A stretch of 64,000 nucleotides of DNA from a virus, in IMG/VR virus record IMGVR_UViG_3300028394_000045, positions 87,645-151,644 of that record. One strand, 5' to 3'. This document shows positions 1 through 15,200 of the stretch, one piece after another. Numbering within the stretch: position 1 is the stretch's first letter; each line of letters opens with the position of its first letter. The notes beneath the pieces are model-generated. The model did no database searches and was not told the DNA's origin. It was given only the letters and a program-made list of their open reading frames with translations. A program made the translations under genes and the position numbers.

Positions 1-3000
1 CAAGCACTGGCTTTCCGTACCGATCTCAACACACGAGAAAACTATATAGACACGGCCGAGCGTAGAGATTCAGTGGTGCAGTTGGCAAATTTAGTCAGCT
101 ACACAGCCAAACGCAACACAGAAGCACAAGGTCTGCTCAAAGTATTTTCTGTTGTCACAACAGAAAATGTCACAGATTACAATGGTGTTAATCTCAGCAA
201 CGTCACAGTGGATTGGTCAGATCCTACCAACCCCGACTGGCAAGAACAATTCACCACTATCATCAATGCGGCACTGGTTGATACCCAACGTGTGGGACGT
301 CCAGGAAATCGACAGACTATCTTGGGTGTGCGCACCGATGAATATGGCATCAATCTAGTACCGGGTTTCTTGCCGGTGATCCCTTATACTGCCACAGTGG
401 ATGGAATCAACATGCCCTTTGAAGCAATGACCAGCACTTCAATTGGTGAAAACTATCTATACGAACCAAGCCCTAAACCCAGCCAGGCATTCAACATATT
501 GTTCCGCAATGATCAGCTGGGATTCAACAGCAACAACACCGGTTATTTTTTTATGTTCAAGCAGGGCGTGCTACAGAATCAAGACTTCAACCTGCCCGAG
601 CGTATTTCTAACCGTACTGTAAATATCAACATTGACGGTGTCAATCAAGAAGATCGTTGGTTGTTTCAATTGGATAATGTGGGCAACATCAACCGTGAAT
701 GGCAGTATCAGGAAAACATTTACTCGGCTGCCGCAGAACAGATTGGAACTAGCCTACGTCCTATATTTGCCGTGACCAGCAGAGCCAATGATCAGATCAC
801 ATTGGTGTTTGGCGACGGCGTATTCAGTGAAATACCAGTTGGTACATTCCGTTGCTATGTCCGTGCATCCAATGGATTACAGTACATTATCAATCCTGAA
901 GAAATGCAAGCAGTCAGCTTGCCTATCAGTTATATCAGTCGCAGTGGCAATCTTGAAACTGTAACTTTCACTTGTGGTATCACACAACCTGTGAGCAATA
1001 GTCAATCGCGCGAACCTATCGCTCAGATCAAACAACGTGCCCCGGCACAGTATTACACACAAAACAGAATGGTCAATGGCGAGGATTACAATCTCTTTCC
1101 ATACACTCAGTATAACTCCATTCTCAAGAGCAAGGCAGTAAATCGTGCCAGCATCGGCACCAGCCGTTATCTTGATCTAGTGGATAACACCGGCAAATAC
1201 AGTAGTACCAATACCTTTGGCAGCGACGGCGGTCTATGGGAACAAAATGTATTGCCTACCATACTATTCACATGGAATACCAGGAATGAAATCGCAGATG
1301 TCATAACAAATCAAGTGCAACCACAACTGCTTGCGCCCATTGTAAAGCAATTCTACTATGCAAATTTTCCTCGTCAAGCGGTCAATACAGGAACCACAGC
1401 ACTGAGCACTTGGCAACAAAGTACCACTCTGGCCAATCAAACCACTGGGTTCTTCCGTAACAGCACGGTCAGCAGCACTTGGCCCAGCGGCACACCCATA
1501 CCAGTGGGCAATGTTGTGAGCATAACAAACCCATTTTACTTTGTGACACCAGGAGCATTGATCAAATTCGTTTCACCCACTGGATACTATTTTGATCGTA
1601 ACAATCGATTGGTACAAGGATCTCCCACTCGTTCAGATGAAACAGTAGAAATCTGGGCCAGCCCGTTACAGGTGCTTGGGGATGGGTACAATGGTGGATT
1701 GGGTAATCTTCCATCCGGTACAGGACCAATCACATTGAACAATTTTGTCCCTACCGGCGCTATTGTTGACAGCATCATTCCGTTGTTTGTGACAGACTTG
1801 CCATTGTCTCTGGAAACAGCCATCAGTGAGCAGATCGTGTTGTATCGCAATTTTGGATTGGGATACGACAACGATGGATCTGTCACAGGAACTCCGTATT
1901 CGTGGTATCTGATCACCAGCACCAACTTGGATCAAGATGCTGCCTGGAGCCAAACAGTACCGGGCCTGGCTGGTAACACCAACGGGGTCAATACAGATGC
2001 CAGTTGGTTGATACAGTTTGTCACAGTGAATCAAAGCTACACAATTACTTTCCGTGGATTACAATACAATTTTGGATCTGTATTACAGACCCGATTCTTC
2101 TTTTATGATGGCCAACAAGTTTATGACAGCCGCACTGGCACAGTGATCAAGGATTATGTCAATGTGTTGGCAGTCAATACACAACCAGATTCTACTGCAC
2201 ACTTACCTGGTGATATTCCAATGACCATCATCGGCCAACCAGTTGAAAGTGATGGATACGTGGATGACTTCCAGGTACTGGTCAGCTATCGAGATTCTGA
2301 CAGTGATGGTGTGCCGGACAATCCAGACTTCTTTACAGAAATAGTGGCTCCTGCCACAAATGCAAATGAAAAATTAGTTTTCTTGCAGCAGACTGTGGAT
2401 TTTGATAATTTGCAACGCTATCTGTTGGTAGAACAAGGACGAGTGAATTCAGACTATGCCACTATAGATGATATTGAATTGGTCAAGAGTGAATGGTCTC
2501 CGGGCCAGGTATTTTATGCCTACAGCCAAGACACATTCTACGAACTCAGCATTTCGGTAACTGGAGTACGCACATTAGTTGAAGTATCAGGGTGGATAGC
2601 ACGTACAGGACGCCAGAGCCTTTACTATCAGTATCGTCACAACTCACCATTAACCAACAGGATAGATCCAGGCACTACCAATATCATTGATCTGTATGTG
2701 GTGCCCCAGGCCTATTACACCTCTTATCAAAATTGGATCAGAGATACTACTGGTACAGTAGCACAACCTGATCTACCCACCATTGACGAACTGAACACAG
2801 CATACCAAGGGCTGCAGAATTACAAAATGATCAGCGACAACATTATCCTGAACCCGGTGATATTTAAACCAATGTTTGGTATGAAAGCAGCACCAGAACT
2901 TCGTGCTACCATCAAAGTTATTCGCGCTTCTAATAGCACAGCCAGCACCAGTGAGATCAAGAGTTCAGTTGTGGCCGAGATGAATACTTACTTCAGCATT

Positions 3001-3252
3001 GACAAATGGAATTTTGGAGACACATTTTATTTCTCTGAGCTGGCAGCATATCTACACCGTATGTTAGGAACCATCATCAGTTCAGTGGTATTGGTACCAC
3101 TGAACTCACAGAAGTATTTTGGTGATTTATATGAGGTACGGTCGGCCCCCAATGAGTTGTTCGTTAATGCAGCAACCATTGACAATATTGAAGTGATTGA
3201 AGCACTTACCAGTACCAATCTGCGTACTGCACCAGGCAGCGGAGTAATTTAA
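1..3252 (+). CDS. Baseplate wedge subunit (T4 gp6-like), 5'-truncated
   Basis: Frame is open from base 1 (QALAFRTDLNTRENYIDTAERRDSVVQLANLVSY), so the real start lies upstream of the window. Contains LVFGDGVF and 'IKQRAPAQYYTQNRMVNGEDY' motifs typical of gp6/baseplate-J-like wedge proteins. Confidence 0.85.
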   Translation, partial: QALAFRTDLNTRENYIDTAERRDSVVQLANLVSYTAKRNTEAQGLLKVFSVVTTENVTDYNGVNLSNVTVDWSDPTNPDWQEQFTTIINAALVDTQRVGRPGNRQTILGVRTDEYGINLVPGFLPVIPYTATVDGINMPFEAMTSTSIGENYLYEPSPKPSQAFNILFRNDQLGFNSNNTGYFFMFKQGVLQNQDFNLPERISNRTVNINIDGVNQEDRWLFQLDNVGNINREWQYQENIYSAAAEQIGTSLRPIFAVTSRANDQITLVFGDGVFSEIPVGTFRCYVRASNGLQYIINPEEMQAVSLPISYISRSGNLETVTFTCGITQPVSNSQSREPIAQIKQRAPAQYYTQNRMVNGEDYNLFPYTQYNSILKSKAVNRASIGTSRYLDLVDNTGKYSSTNTFGSDGGLWEQNVLPTILFTWNTRNEIADVITNQVQPQLLAPIVKQFYYANFPRQAVNTGTTALSTWQQSTTLANQTTGFFRNSTVSSTWPSGTPIPVGNVVSITNPFYFVTPGALIKFVSPTGYYFDRNNRLVQGSPTRSDETVEIWASPLQVLGDGYNGGLGNLPSGTGPITLNNFVPTGAIVDSIIPLFVTDLPLSLETAISEQIVLYRNFGLGYDNDGSVTGTPYSWYLITSTNLDQDAAWSQTVPGLAGNTNGVNTDASWLIQFVTVNQSYTITFRGLQYNFGSVLQTRFFFYDGQQVYDSRTGTVIKDYVNVLAVNTQPDSTAHLPGDIPMTIIGQPVESDGYVDDFQVLVSYRDSDSDGVPDNPDFFTEIVAPATNANEKLVFLQQTVDFDNLQRYLLVEQGRVNSDYATIDDIELVKSEWSPGQVFYAYSQDTFYELSISVTGVRTLVEVSGWIARTGRQSLYYQYRHNSPLTNRIDPGTTNIIDLYVVPQAYYTSYQNWIRDTTGTVAQPDLPTIDELNTAYQGLQNYKMISDNIILNPVIFKPMFGMKAAPELRATIKVIRASNSTASTSEIKSSVVAEMNTYFSIDKWNFGDTFYFSELAAYLHRMLGTIISSVVLVPLNSQKYFGDLYEVRSAPNELFVNAATIDNIEVIEALTSTNLRTAPGSGVI

Positions 3253-6200
3253 TGGCCACTGTACGTTCGGTAGATTTACTCCCACAGATTTTTCAGACTG
3301 ATACCAACAAGCAGTTTCTAGCTGCCACATTGGATCAACTCACACAAGAGCCAAAGTTCAAGCAAACACAAGGATACATCGGGCGAACAGTAGGTCCCGG
3401 TGTGAATCCCAATGACAATTATGTGGTAGAACCAGATGCTATCAGAACCGATTACCAACTTGAACCCGGCGTGGTCAGTTTGGTTCCTGATACAAACACT
3501 ATTAAAAATGCCATCACCTATCCGGGCATCAATGATGCAGTGGGATTCAGTGGTGGCGATAGTGCTCGACCTGACCGACTGTATGAGAGTGAATACTACA
3601 GCTGGGATCCGTTTGTAGATTTTGATACCTTTGTGAATTTCAGCCAGTATTTCTGGCTGCCGGCCGGACCCGATGCAGTGGATGTACAAGCAGCCGCTAT
3701 CCCCACCACTGACAACTTTGCAGTCACACGTGAAAATGGAGTCTACACATTCTCAGGAGTAACTGGCGACAATCCAGTGATCGATCTTGTGCGTGGTGGC
3801 AGCTATACATTCCAAATAGCACAGAACACTAAAGAAACTGTGAATTATCGTGTGGGCAATTCAGGAACGTCTGCATACCTATTGGATGGATTACGCAATC
3901 CCACTCTTACACTTGTGCGTGGTAACACCTATGTGTTTAATTTGGTATTTGTCGGAGACTTTCCATTCTGGATCAAGACAGCACCGGTCACAGGAGTGGG
4001 CGATGTGTATGATACTGGAGTCACAAGAAATGGTGCGGTAACTGGCCTGGTCACCTTCACTGTGCCACAAGACGCACCTAGCACACTGTATTATGCCAGC
4101 CAAACACAAATGAACATGCAAGGTACGCTAAACATCGTGGACGGCGTGCCAGGTACAGGACCAGGATTTTGGATACAAGCCTTTCCTGGAGTGAATGGCA
4201 AAGATCCTAACAATCCAAATATCAGTTCAAGAGATGTGTTGGGAGTATCCGACAATGGTACAGACCTTGGTACAGTGGTATTCAATGTGCCACAAAAAAC
4301 TGCACAGAATTTTTATTATTCATTGACCCCGTTTGGAGTAAATTCTAATGGACTAGTGATCACTCCTGTAGATATAATTTGTGATCTCAAATTTGAACAG
4401 GTCAATAACCAACCGGTGGAGCAGTTCTTGGCCACATACGGCGGCATCGATGGCACAGCCAATCTCAACGGCCGCACATTGGTATTCACTGAACCCGTGA
4501 CTGATGCTGAAGCCGGTGGCTGGCAAGTGAATACGTTCTTTGATCCATTGACCGAGACCAGTTCAAACAACGGATTAGTAGGCAGCTATGATACCACATT
4601 CTTCAGCCAGTCATCACCTGTGCCTCCTGAAGATCGTTATCAGCTGTGGCAGATCAACTATGTGACTGTTGATCATTACACCTACATGACTTTGTCTAAG
4701 ATCTCGGATATTCCGGTGCTGAACAAATTCACAGCAAGATATGGGATACAATACAGCAATACCCAATGGTATAAAACCGCAGCTGGTGTATTTGAACGCA
4801 TTCCTTTGCTGACCGCTGCACAAGATATATTGTATTATCAAGACGGCACAGATCCGGAGATCTTTGGCCGTATCCGCTTGGTAGAACAAACAGCCAGCAC
4901 CACTTTGTTTATTGATGCCATCTTGGGCCAGCCATCTTATACTAGCCCAAATGGTGTGGTCTTTACAAACGGACTCAAAGTAAAATTTGTTGGTGATGTG
5001 TCACCGGCCACTTATGGCTCGGGAACTTTTCCATTGGTGATTACTGCCGCTCAGCCAGGCAGCAATTATCTCACAACAGCATCCACAGCGGATCTGTATG
5101 TTGGAGAAAAGATAGTATTCAGTCAAAGCATTGGCGGCGTCTTGCCCGGAACATACTATGTACAGAGCATAGCAGCTAATGGGATACAATTTAGCATCAG
5201 CACACAAAAAGGTGGTGGGGCATATCCATTGGATATCGGCAGTGGCAATGTCACTGCCACAGTGGTCAGCGATTTGGAATATTATGTAAGTGGAGTAGGA
5301 ACTGCAATTGAGCTGTTACCCGTTGAAAACTTTGTGACTCCTGAATTGTATGTGGTTGATGCCAACGACAGCACAATCTATACAGAACCCGACACAACTG
5401 ATTATCTTACTATTAATCGTGCTAGCTTGGATCGCAATGCATGGAGCCGTAGTAATCGTTGGTTCCACACTGATGTGATTAATGCCACAGCAAAATACAA
5501 TAATGCTGTGGCAACATTCGATAACAACTATAGAGCCAAACGTCCGATCATCCAGTTCCGTCCTGATATCAGACTATGGAACATGGGTACCGAAGGTAAA
5601 ACCCCAGTTGATATAATTGATTTTGCTCAGACCGACGCATTCAGCAATATAGAAGGATCCACTGGATATACCATTGATGGATACACATTGATTGACGGCA
5701 GTCGAGTGATATTTGCAGCAGACGAAGATCAAAGTGTCAGAAACAAGATATATGTTGTGTCATTTATTGTGCCAGACACTGTTGCTCCGCTGATCGCACA
5801 GCCTATTATCAATCTCACACCGGCGGAAGATGGTGAAGTATTGGCCGATCAATGTACTGTATGTCTCAATGGCGTAACATCTGCTGGTGTGACTTTTTGG
5901 TTTGATGGCACCAACTGGATCGAAGCACAACAAAAAACCGCAGTACAACAGGCACCGTTGTTCAATGTATATAACACCTCTGGATACAGCTTTGGTGATC
6001 AGACGGTGTATCAAAGCTCAACATTTTCTGGCAGCAAGTTGTTCAGCTATGCAGTGGGCGATACTACTATAATAGATCCTATATTGCAGTTTCCTTTGCA
6101 ATATCTCAATATCAACAACGTGGGTGATATTGTTTTTGTTAATAACTTATACAAAGATACTTTCTTGTATGTAGTTGATAATGCCAGCGTGACACTTGAC

Positions 6201-9200
6201 ATCAGCTCAGGATCCGTGAGAGAGTATGACACTCGTGCAACTTATCAACGCCTAATAGGATGGCAGACTGCTGCAACAAAAAGTCAAACATATCAGCAGT
6301 TTAAATTTACCTATACCGGTGCTACACTCAAGCTGGATGTCAAAGCCAACAGTTCAGTTAATAATACCCCGCCAATTAAAATATATGTAGGGTCAGTATT
6401 CCAGGAACCCGGTGTTTATAGCTATCTTACTACTGATACTAGCACAACAATCACATTAAACAACACCTATATACCCGGTGATATCATTGAAGTGTTGGTG
6501 TTGAGTGATCAGACCAGCGCCACAGCATTTTATCAAGTGCCTATCAATCTGCAGAACAATCCGTTGAATGGAAATAGTCCGGAATTTACACTGGGCACCA
6601 TAAGAACACATTATGAAAGTATCTGTCAAAATCTGTTGACAGTTCAAGGGCCAGTGAATGGATCTAACAACACCAGAGATCTGGGCAATCTAGTTCCGTA
6701 TGGATTGACTATATTGCAACAAAGTGCGCCAATGACATTGGCTGGCTATTTTTTACGGTCACCGGACTACAATATCTTTGCTTCATTGAGTTTTGCTGCT
6801 AGAGAATATAACAAATACAAGTATCAGCTGTTGGATGCAGTGACACAACAAACTATTGGTTTTGATACTATCTCGCAAATATTAGACACCGCAATACAAA
6901 ATGTTACCCTGGGTCGCGTTGAAACACAGCCATTCTATTGGTCTGATATGTTACCGTCTGGTGCAGTTTATACAACCACTACCTATACCATTGGCTATAC
7001 TGATACTGGCAGTTTTGATACAGTACAAGTTTATAATTATCGTTCAGCTAATTATTTGGGAATGAATGTATATCTAGGTGAGGCATTGCTCACAAGAGAC
7101 CGTGACTATGTAGTGGCCACAGATGGTCCTCGTATAACTGTTCTAGTTGATCTGCCGTTGGGGAGCCAATTAGTTCTTCAAGAATACAGCGCCACCTATG
7201 GAAGTTTTGCTCCCAACACCCCGACTAAACTGGGATTGTATCCAGCATTTGTTCCACAGGTTATTACTCAGCGAGCCAGCGGTGGTATGGTGCAGGTAAC
7301 ACAAGGTCATGATGGATCTATCACTCCGCTATTCAACGATATTCGCGACCAGGTACTGCTGGAATTTGAAACCAGGATTTATAACAATCTCAAGCTAGAT
7401 GGAAATCCGGTACCACTTACTATCGAAAATGTCTTACCAGGCCAGTTCCGTGACACAGGATTCAGCTATTCTGAAATTACTAACATATTGAATCAAGATT
7501 TCTTGAGCTACGTGGGTGCTAACAAACTTGATTACCGCACACAAAATTTCCGTGCCGACAACAAATTTACTTGGAACTACAGTTCCGCACAGAACAAATT
7601 AAACAGCAAAGAAAATCTTCTAGGAGCCTGGCGCGGTATCAATCGTTATTTCTACGACACCGAACAACCACAATATACTCCTTGGGAAATGTTGGGCTTC
7701 AGCAAGCAGCCGCTGTGGTGGGAAGGCAAATATGGTCCGGCACCATACACCGGCGACAACTTGGTGTTGTGGGATGATTTGGCCGCTGGTTATGTTGCTG
7801 ACCCAGTGGCGCCGTATTTCCGCCCAGAATATGCACGTCCAGCCAGTATAGGATCTGCTGACGAACCCCCACGTAGCGGTATTTGGGGACCGGGCCCGTA
7901 TCCTTCCATGGCACCAGTTATTCCCACTGGTGATGAAGGGCAATTACTCAGCCCATTCAACAGCACCATGGGAACTTATGCCAATGCTCAATTCCAGAAG
8001 AGTTGGGCACCGGGAGATGGCGGCCCAGTTGAAGCTTCGTTCTGGAACAGCTCTAGCTATCCATTTGCAGTGATGCATGTGCTGGCAGTGACTCGCACAG
8101 CCAAGTTTTTTGCATTGTTTGCTGATCGTGACTTGTATCGATACAATGTGGAATTTGGGCAGTATCTATTGAATGATCGATATCGTCTAGATGCCAATGG
8201 CATCGAAGTATATGGTAATGGAGTCAGCAAAGCCAGCTACATTGACTGGATAGTTGATTACAATCGCCAAAGTGGTATTAATTCTACTGATGAGCTAACA
8301 GCTGATCTGGCCAGTCTTGACGTGAGATTGTGCTATCGCATGGCCAGTTTCTCAGACAAACAATACATCAAAATATTCACCGAAAAGTCCAGCCCTAATT
8401 CTACCAACACCACTTTGATGATACCTGATCAAAGTTATAATCTGTTGTTGTACAAGAATCAACCATTTGATCGCACCAGCTACTCGGCAGTGGTCATACA
8501 GAATGTGACCGGGGGATATGCTGTGTATGGATACAGTGCGGCACAACCGTATTTCAATGTGTTGGCCAGTAAGTCCACAGGGCAACTGCGTACAATAACT
8601 TCGGGCGGCGCAACTGTGCGTGTGCCTACCTTCTATACCAACACTGTGGTTCAAGTTCCGTATGGAACCATATTCACCAATGAAACAAGTGTTTGTGATT
8701 TCTTGTTAAGCTATGGGCAATTACTACAACAACAAGGAATAACCTTTACCGATCGTGCCAATGGATATGTATTGGACTGGGGACAGATGTGCAATGAATT
8801 CTTGTACTGGAGCCAACAAGGGTGGGGGGAGAATGCGTTATTGAATCTCAACCCACTAGCAGCAAAACTCACAGTCACTCGTGAGCAAGCAGTGGTAGAC
8901 AGCATCGCGGTACAAACCATAGATAATGTGTTACTGGATCAGAACAATAGAGAATTGCCCACACGTAATCTCAATGTGGTACGTATAGGCAATACATTTG
9001 TTTGTGAGCCATTGACTACTCAGACTTTAAGCTACATTGATCTAAAATACACTACCTATGAGCACATGATTGTGTTAGACAATCAGAGTGTGTTTGGAGA
9101 TCTTATGTATCAACCTACCACCGGTGCTCGCCAAAACCGGTTGATACTCATAGCATCCAATACTGCTGATTGGACCGGACAAATTGATACGCCTGGATTC

Positions 9201-12200
9201 ATACTCAATCTAGACAATGTGCAAGAATGGACTGGGTTAAAACGCTATACCAAAGGGCAGATAGTCAAGTACAAGAATGTGTATTGGAGTGCGCTAAACA
9301 TCGTACAACCAAGTGCGCAATTCAACTTCAATGATTGGACACAGAGCGATTACACTCAAATTGAATTGGGATTGTTGCCTAACTTGGCCAACAAAGCTGA
9401 TCAATTGGCCAACAGTTACAATATCAATTCTGCCAATCTTGAAACCGATAATGATTTGTTAAGCTATGGACTGATTGGGTTCCGTCCTCGCCAGTACATG
9501 GCTGCATTAAATCTAGATGATGTGAGTCAGTTGAATGTGTATCGACAGTTCTTGGGCTCTAAAGGCACAATCATCAGTGCAGAGCTGTTCTCCAATGCCA
9601 ATCTAGGAAAAGAAGCGGCTGACTACAGTATCTATGAAAACTGGGCGGTGTTACGAGCAACATATGGCGCCAATGCCAACCGTAGTTTTGTTGAACTTAG
9701 ATTGAATCGTGCATATCTCAGCAGCAACCCTAGTCTAGTACAAGTGGTATTGCCACAACAAGCTAGCTCTGCAGATCAACAGATATTGTTTAGCGACATA
9801 TGGAAGCAAAGTTACAAACTGACTTCTCCAGATTTTATGCCGACTACTACTGTATCGCCTACAGATATACAACTGCCAACTGCTGGATATGTAAATCTTA
9901 ATGATGCAGATATCACAGTATTTGACATAAACGATCTGGGTAATATCTCGGCCAACCTTGATGCTATTGCAGTTGGTACTTCAATATGGGTCGCAAAAGT
10001 AAATGACTACGACTGGAATATCTATCGTGCGCAGGCTGTTCCGGGAGCCATACAGCACGTATGCGACAATCTTGACGGAACCAGCAGAGTGATATTCAGT
10101 CAGCCACACGGCTTATCATACAGCGATACCTTGATCATCAACTTCTTTGATTCCGAAGTCAATGGCGTATATAATGTACTAAGTGTGCCCAATATAACCA
10201 CAGTGAATATTGCGTTCCAATTTACCAACCAACGCACAGTGGCCGATGGTACCGGATTGGGATTCACATTGAAGACCATGCGTGTGGCACAAGCGTCGGA
10301 CGTGATCAATCTGCCATACGCCAACGACATCCTGCCAGGTGCCATAGTATGGGTGGATAACAATGGTGAAGATCTTTGGGAGGTGATACAGAAACAAGAT
10401 GTATTCACTAGTTCGTCACAGATCAGCCCAGTACTGTTGGATGCGGGAGAACAATATGGTTCTGCTGTGGCACAGGCCAGCGCAAGAGCAGCATTGTTTG
10501 TGGGTAGCCCACGATATGGATTTGGTACAGTCACCGAAAAAGGTGCTGTGTATGTATATGTTAAAAATTCAGGGGACACATACTCTCCGGTCAGCCCAAT
10601 AGCCGACGCCGATGGCATCCTGACTCTGGATCGTACCGGTGTTCGCGGTTACGGAAATGCTATAGATTTTGGTAATCAAACTTGGGCAGTAGCCGGTGCC
10701 AGCAAGAGTCTCGGACCCAGTAGCGAAACTAACAATGGTTATGCTGCGGTGATCTACCGAGATCCTGCATTAGGGCAACCTGGTGTGAATCCATTTGCAC
10801 AATGGCAGCTATTGACCCTGCCAGGCACCACTACATCAACCACTCCTGGTGCCGGAGAGTTTGGATATTCCGTGGCCATGAGCTTAGATGAACGTTGGAT
10901 GTACGTTGGTGCTCCAGGGTTGAACACAGTTTATGCTTACGGGCGAGTGACCTGGGAAGACCAATTTATCACGGTGCTAGGCGACGGGGTTACTACTCAA
11001 TTCCTTATTGGCAACGTGATACAAATCGACAACAGCAGCCAGCTCAAAGTCACATTGGATGGCAATATTCAATTGTCAGGCTATTCAGTGGATGCAGCAT
11101 TCAACAAAGTCACATTTACCACAGCTCCTGCCTCGGGTGTGTTGATAAAAATGCAAAGAATCAGCAGTCAACAGCTGGATGCACAGACCTATTATGATGT
11201 GCCACAGACATCTACCAGTGGCAGCGGCCTTGGTGCTAAATTTACCATAATCCGTGTGCGCGGTGAAGTTGGACAACCGGGTTCAACACAGGGCGGCGTA
11301 GGTGCTACATCATTTGGTTCGGGTTATGCCGTGGGTAATACCATAACCATTGCCGGCGCAAGTTTTGGTGGCACCAACAATATTGTGCTTACCATTACTT
11401 CAATAGGCACTGGCGGTACATTGGGTAATTTCAATATCGCATATACTGCACCTACGTTGGCTACGGTATTTTCATTGAACGAATATTTCTTCACTGCTAC
11501 CAACATCTACAGCTTCAGTATTGAAGTCAATAATGTGTTGTATCGCCCCAACATCGATTACACATTCAGCACAGTCACCCAGGATTTGACATTTACCGGA
11601 ACAGGTCCTGCTGCTGGTGCAGTTATTGTGGCCAGGGCAAAAAGCTATTTCACATATATTAATTCAATCACAGCCATTGGATTAAGTTCATCTGACAGAT
11701 TTGGTCATTCAATATCCTGTACCACAGATGGCCGCCAACTATTAATTGGCACACCTTACAGTACCGAAAGTGGGAATGTTGAAGCAGGATCTGTATATGT
11801 GTTTGATCGCAACGTACAAAGATTTATCTATGGTGAAGATGGCTCAACCGTAACATTTACATTGTTAGGCACCCCGGTGGCACCGATCGGCGTTATTGTT
11901 AATAATGTATTCTTGACCAACCAGACTGACAGTGTAGTTGGTGCAGACAACACCTTCTACTGGAATGGTGCCAACACAGTGACCATCAATGCGGACTTGC
12001 AATATGGTGACGTGATTGAGATTGAAACCAATCAATTTGCACAGGTGCAAGAGCTTACTCAAAATACCATAGCCAACTTTTCGAATTTTGGGCAGACTGT
12101 GGATATCTGCTCATATGATTGCAGTTTGTATTCGGGTGTTCCGCAAAGCAGCGTACAGATCTACAAAGGCGGCGTGGTCGAACGTGATGTAAATCAAAGC

Positions 12201-15200
12201 CGCATCTACGGAACTATCACATCCACAGTGGCCAATGCTGCACTGACTTCAGGAAATACCTTGCGTGTGAATAACATGGATGTAACAGTTCCTGCTGCCT
12301 GGAGCAGCTTGACCACATACAACAAAAATGATGTGGTCTATAACTTGTCAGGTACCACATACACCATCTATCTGGCATTGCAGGCTGTGCCTGCTGCCAC
12401 AGCACTGAGCAATGCAAGCTACTGGTCATCAGTGACCACAACAACTGTGGCTGCCAGCATCTATGTACGTGCGCTGGCCGCCCACATAAACAGTACAGTT
12501 CCAAATGTTGTTGCCATAGTGGATTCAACCGGATATCTTACAGTGTCTGTTAAGAACAGCAATGCAGCACCGGCATTTAATAAATTGCAAGTAGCGCCGG
12601 GCTCAGTTGGCACAGCATTCACTACATTGGCATTCAAGACATTTGCATTTACACAAACGATCCTCAGTCCATATCCTGTAAAATATGGTGCGTTTGGATC
12701 CAGCGTGAGTGTTTCGGATCAGGCCACCACTGTGGTCGTGGGAGCACCAAACGGTACTCTGTATCTGATCACAGTGTTTGATGATGGCACCACAGATTTT
12801 GATGCAGATAGCACCACCTTCATCACCACAGTGAATAACAGTGGTGCTGTGTATGCATATGATTATTTGCCATCTTCGACTCTCAGCATATCAAATCCAG
12901 GGCAATTTATATTTGGACAACAGATCAACAACAGCCAGATCAACACATTAGATGGATTTGGCACAGCCGTGAACTATATAGATGGCATTCTAGTAGCAGG
13001 CGCACCAAAGAATGATGTAGGAGACAGCACAGCAGATTACGGTCGTGTGTTTGTATTCCAAAATCCCGATCGTAACCCAGCTTGGACAGTGATCAGACAA
13101 CAACAACCTGTGGTTGATATCAGACTGATCAATGGAGTGTTTGCATATGATCGGGTCACCAGTGCTACTACACAGTTCTTTGATTTCTTTGATCCATTAC
13201 AAGGCAAGATTCTAGGTGCAGCTAGACAAAATATTGACTACATCGGCGGTATAGATCCGGCCAATTATAATATTGGCCCTACTAGCATCAACGGTGCCAC
13301 CTGGTGGGACGGACACACAAGCGAAGTATGGTGGGACACCAGTACTGTCCGATTCATTGACCCTAATCAAGACGACATAACTTATGCTAGTCGTCGTTGG
13401 GGACAACTATTCCCGGGCAGTTCTGTAGATGTATATCAATGGATACTGAGTCCGGTACCTCCGATCAACTATACCGGACCGGGAACACCATACAGCACAA
13501 TCAGCTACAGCATCAATACCAGACTTACCAGAGACGGCATATTTGCTACTGAATATTATTTCTGGGTGCGAGGTATCACAACCACAGCTACTCAACAAGG
13601 TAAAACACTGAGTGTGGCCACTGTGGCACGATATATCACTGACCCTAAATCCAGTGGTATCACTTACATGGCACCTATAAATGCTAGCACCATTGCCCTG
13701 TACAATGCCGCTGAGTACATCGTGGCATCTGATACAGTGATCAACATATCTTTTGACAGAGAAGCCACAGACAGTAACGTACATACTGAATATGAACTAA
13801 TAGCCGAAGGCAAACCAGACGCCTTCTTGAGTACCAATCTCTATCGTAAGTTACAAGACAGCTTCTGCGGTGTGGATACCTTTGGCAACAACGTACCAGA
13901 TCCAAATCTCGGCCCGGCTGAGCGATATGGTGTGCAGTTCCGCCCACGACAAAGTATGTTTGTGGATAGATTTGCTGCACTTAAAAACTATCTCACCAGG
14001 GTCAATGATGTGTTGTCCATGTATTCAATCTCAGAAAGTCGCAGTTTTAATTTGCTCAACAGCGCCGAACCTGAACCAAGTGCAGCAACTGGTTTATGGA
14101 ATCTACGTGTGGCGAATTTAGAGATATTGGGATTCCAAAACATCTATACTGTACCATTGGGCTATCGCTATTTGGTAGTGACCGACAGCGACAACAAAGG
14201 TCTATGGACCATTTACACAGTGGCAGCCAGCGATCAAACAGCAGGCAAAAGACTTCTACGACTATCGTTTGTGCAAGGATACAACACAGCCGACTATTGG
14301 AGTTATATCGACTGGTATCTTCCAGGATACAATTCCAGCAGTAAAGTCATAGCCACAATACCTAATAAAGCTGGATTAGATACATTAACCGTGGCAGTGG
14401 GTAGTAGTGTGAAAATCACAGCCAATGCTCAAGGTAAATGGGAAATATATCTATTGACCGATGCGGGATGGGAACGTGTGGGATTACAGGATGGTACTAT
14501 TGCATTCTCGGCCGAATTGTGGGATTATCAATTGGGCAGATTTGGATTTGACATTGAAGTATTTGATGCACAATATTATGATCAAGAACCTGTAAAAGAA
14601 ACACGAAAAATCATACAAGCGATTAATGAAGAATTGTTGATTGACGAATTGGCGATTGAACGCAATCGTGCATTGACATTGGTATTCAATTTTGTATTGA
14701 GCGAATTCTCTGCACCAGAATGGTTAGTCAAGACCAGCTTGATCGATGTGGATCACAGAATTCGAAATCTAGTACCTTATCAAAACTATCGTAGGGACAA
14801 TCAAGAATTTGTGCTGGATTACATAAAAGAAGTCAAACCTTACCATGTGCAATTACGTGAGTTCAATCTACGATATAACGGGCTTGATCAATTCCAGGGC
14901 AGTCTCACTGACTTTGATTTACCAGCCTACTACAATACCACACTGACCACACCTCAATATACTAGTCCTATATTGCTGCCTTATCAACACGGATCGTCAG
15001 ATGTGGCCAACTTCTTAAGCGATTTGCCTGCTAACAGCACAGTATGGAACACATTCCCGTACGATCAATGGTACAACAACTATCTGCTGACCCTTACTGC
15101 TGTAACAATTGTTGATAATGGTACAGGATACACAGAACCTCCAATAGTGATTGTGGGTGATGCATGGACCAGTAATACCTCTGTGACTATCAATCAGCAA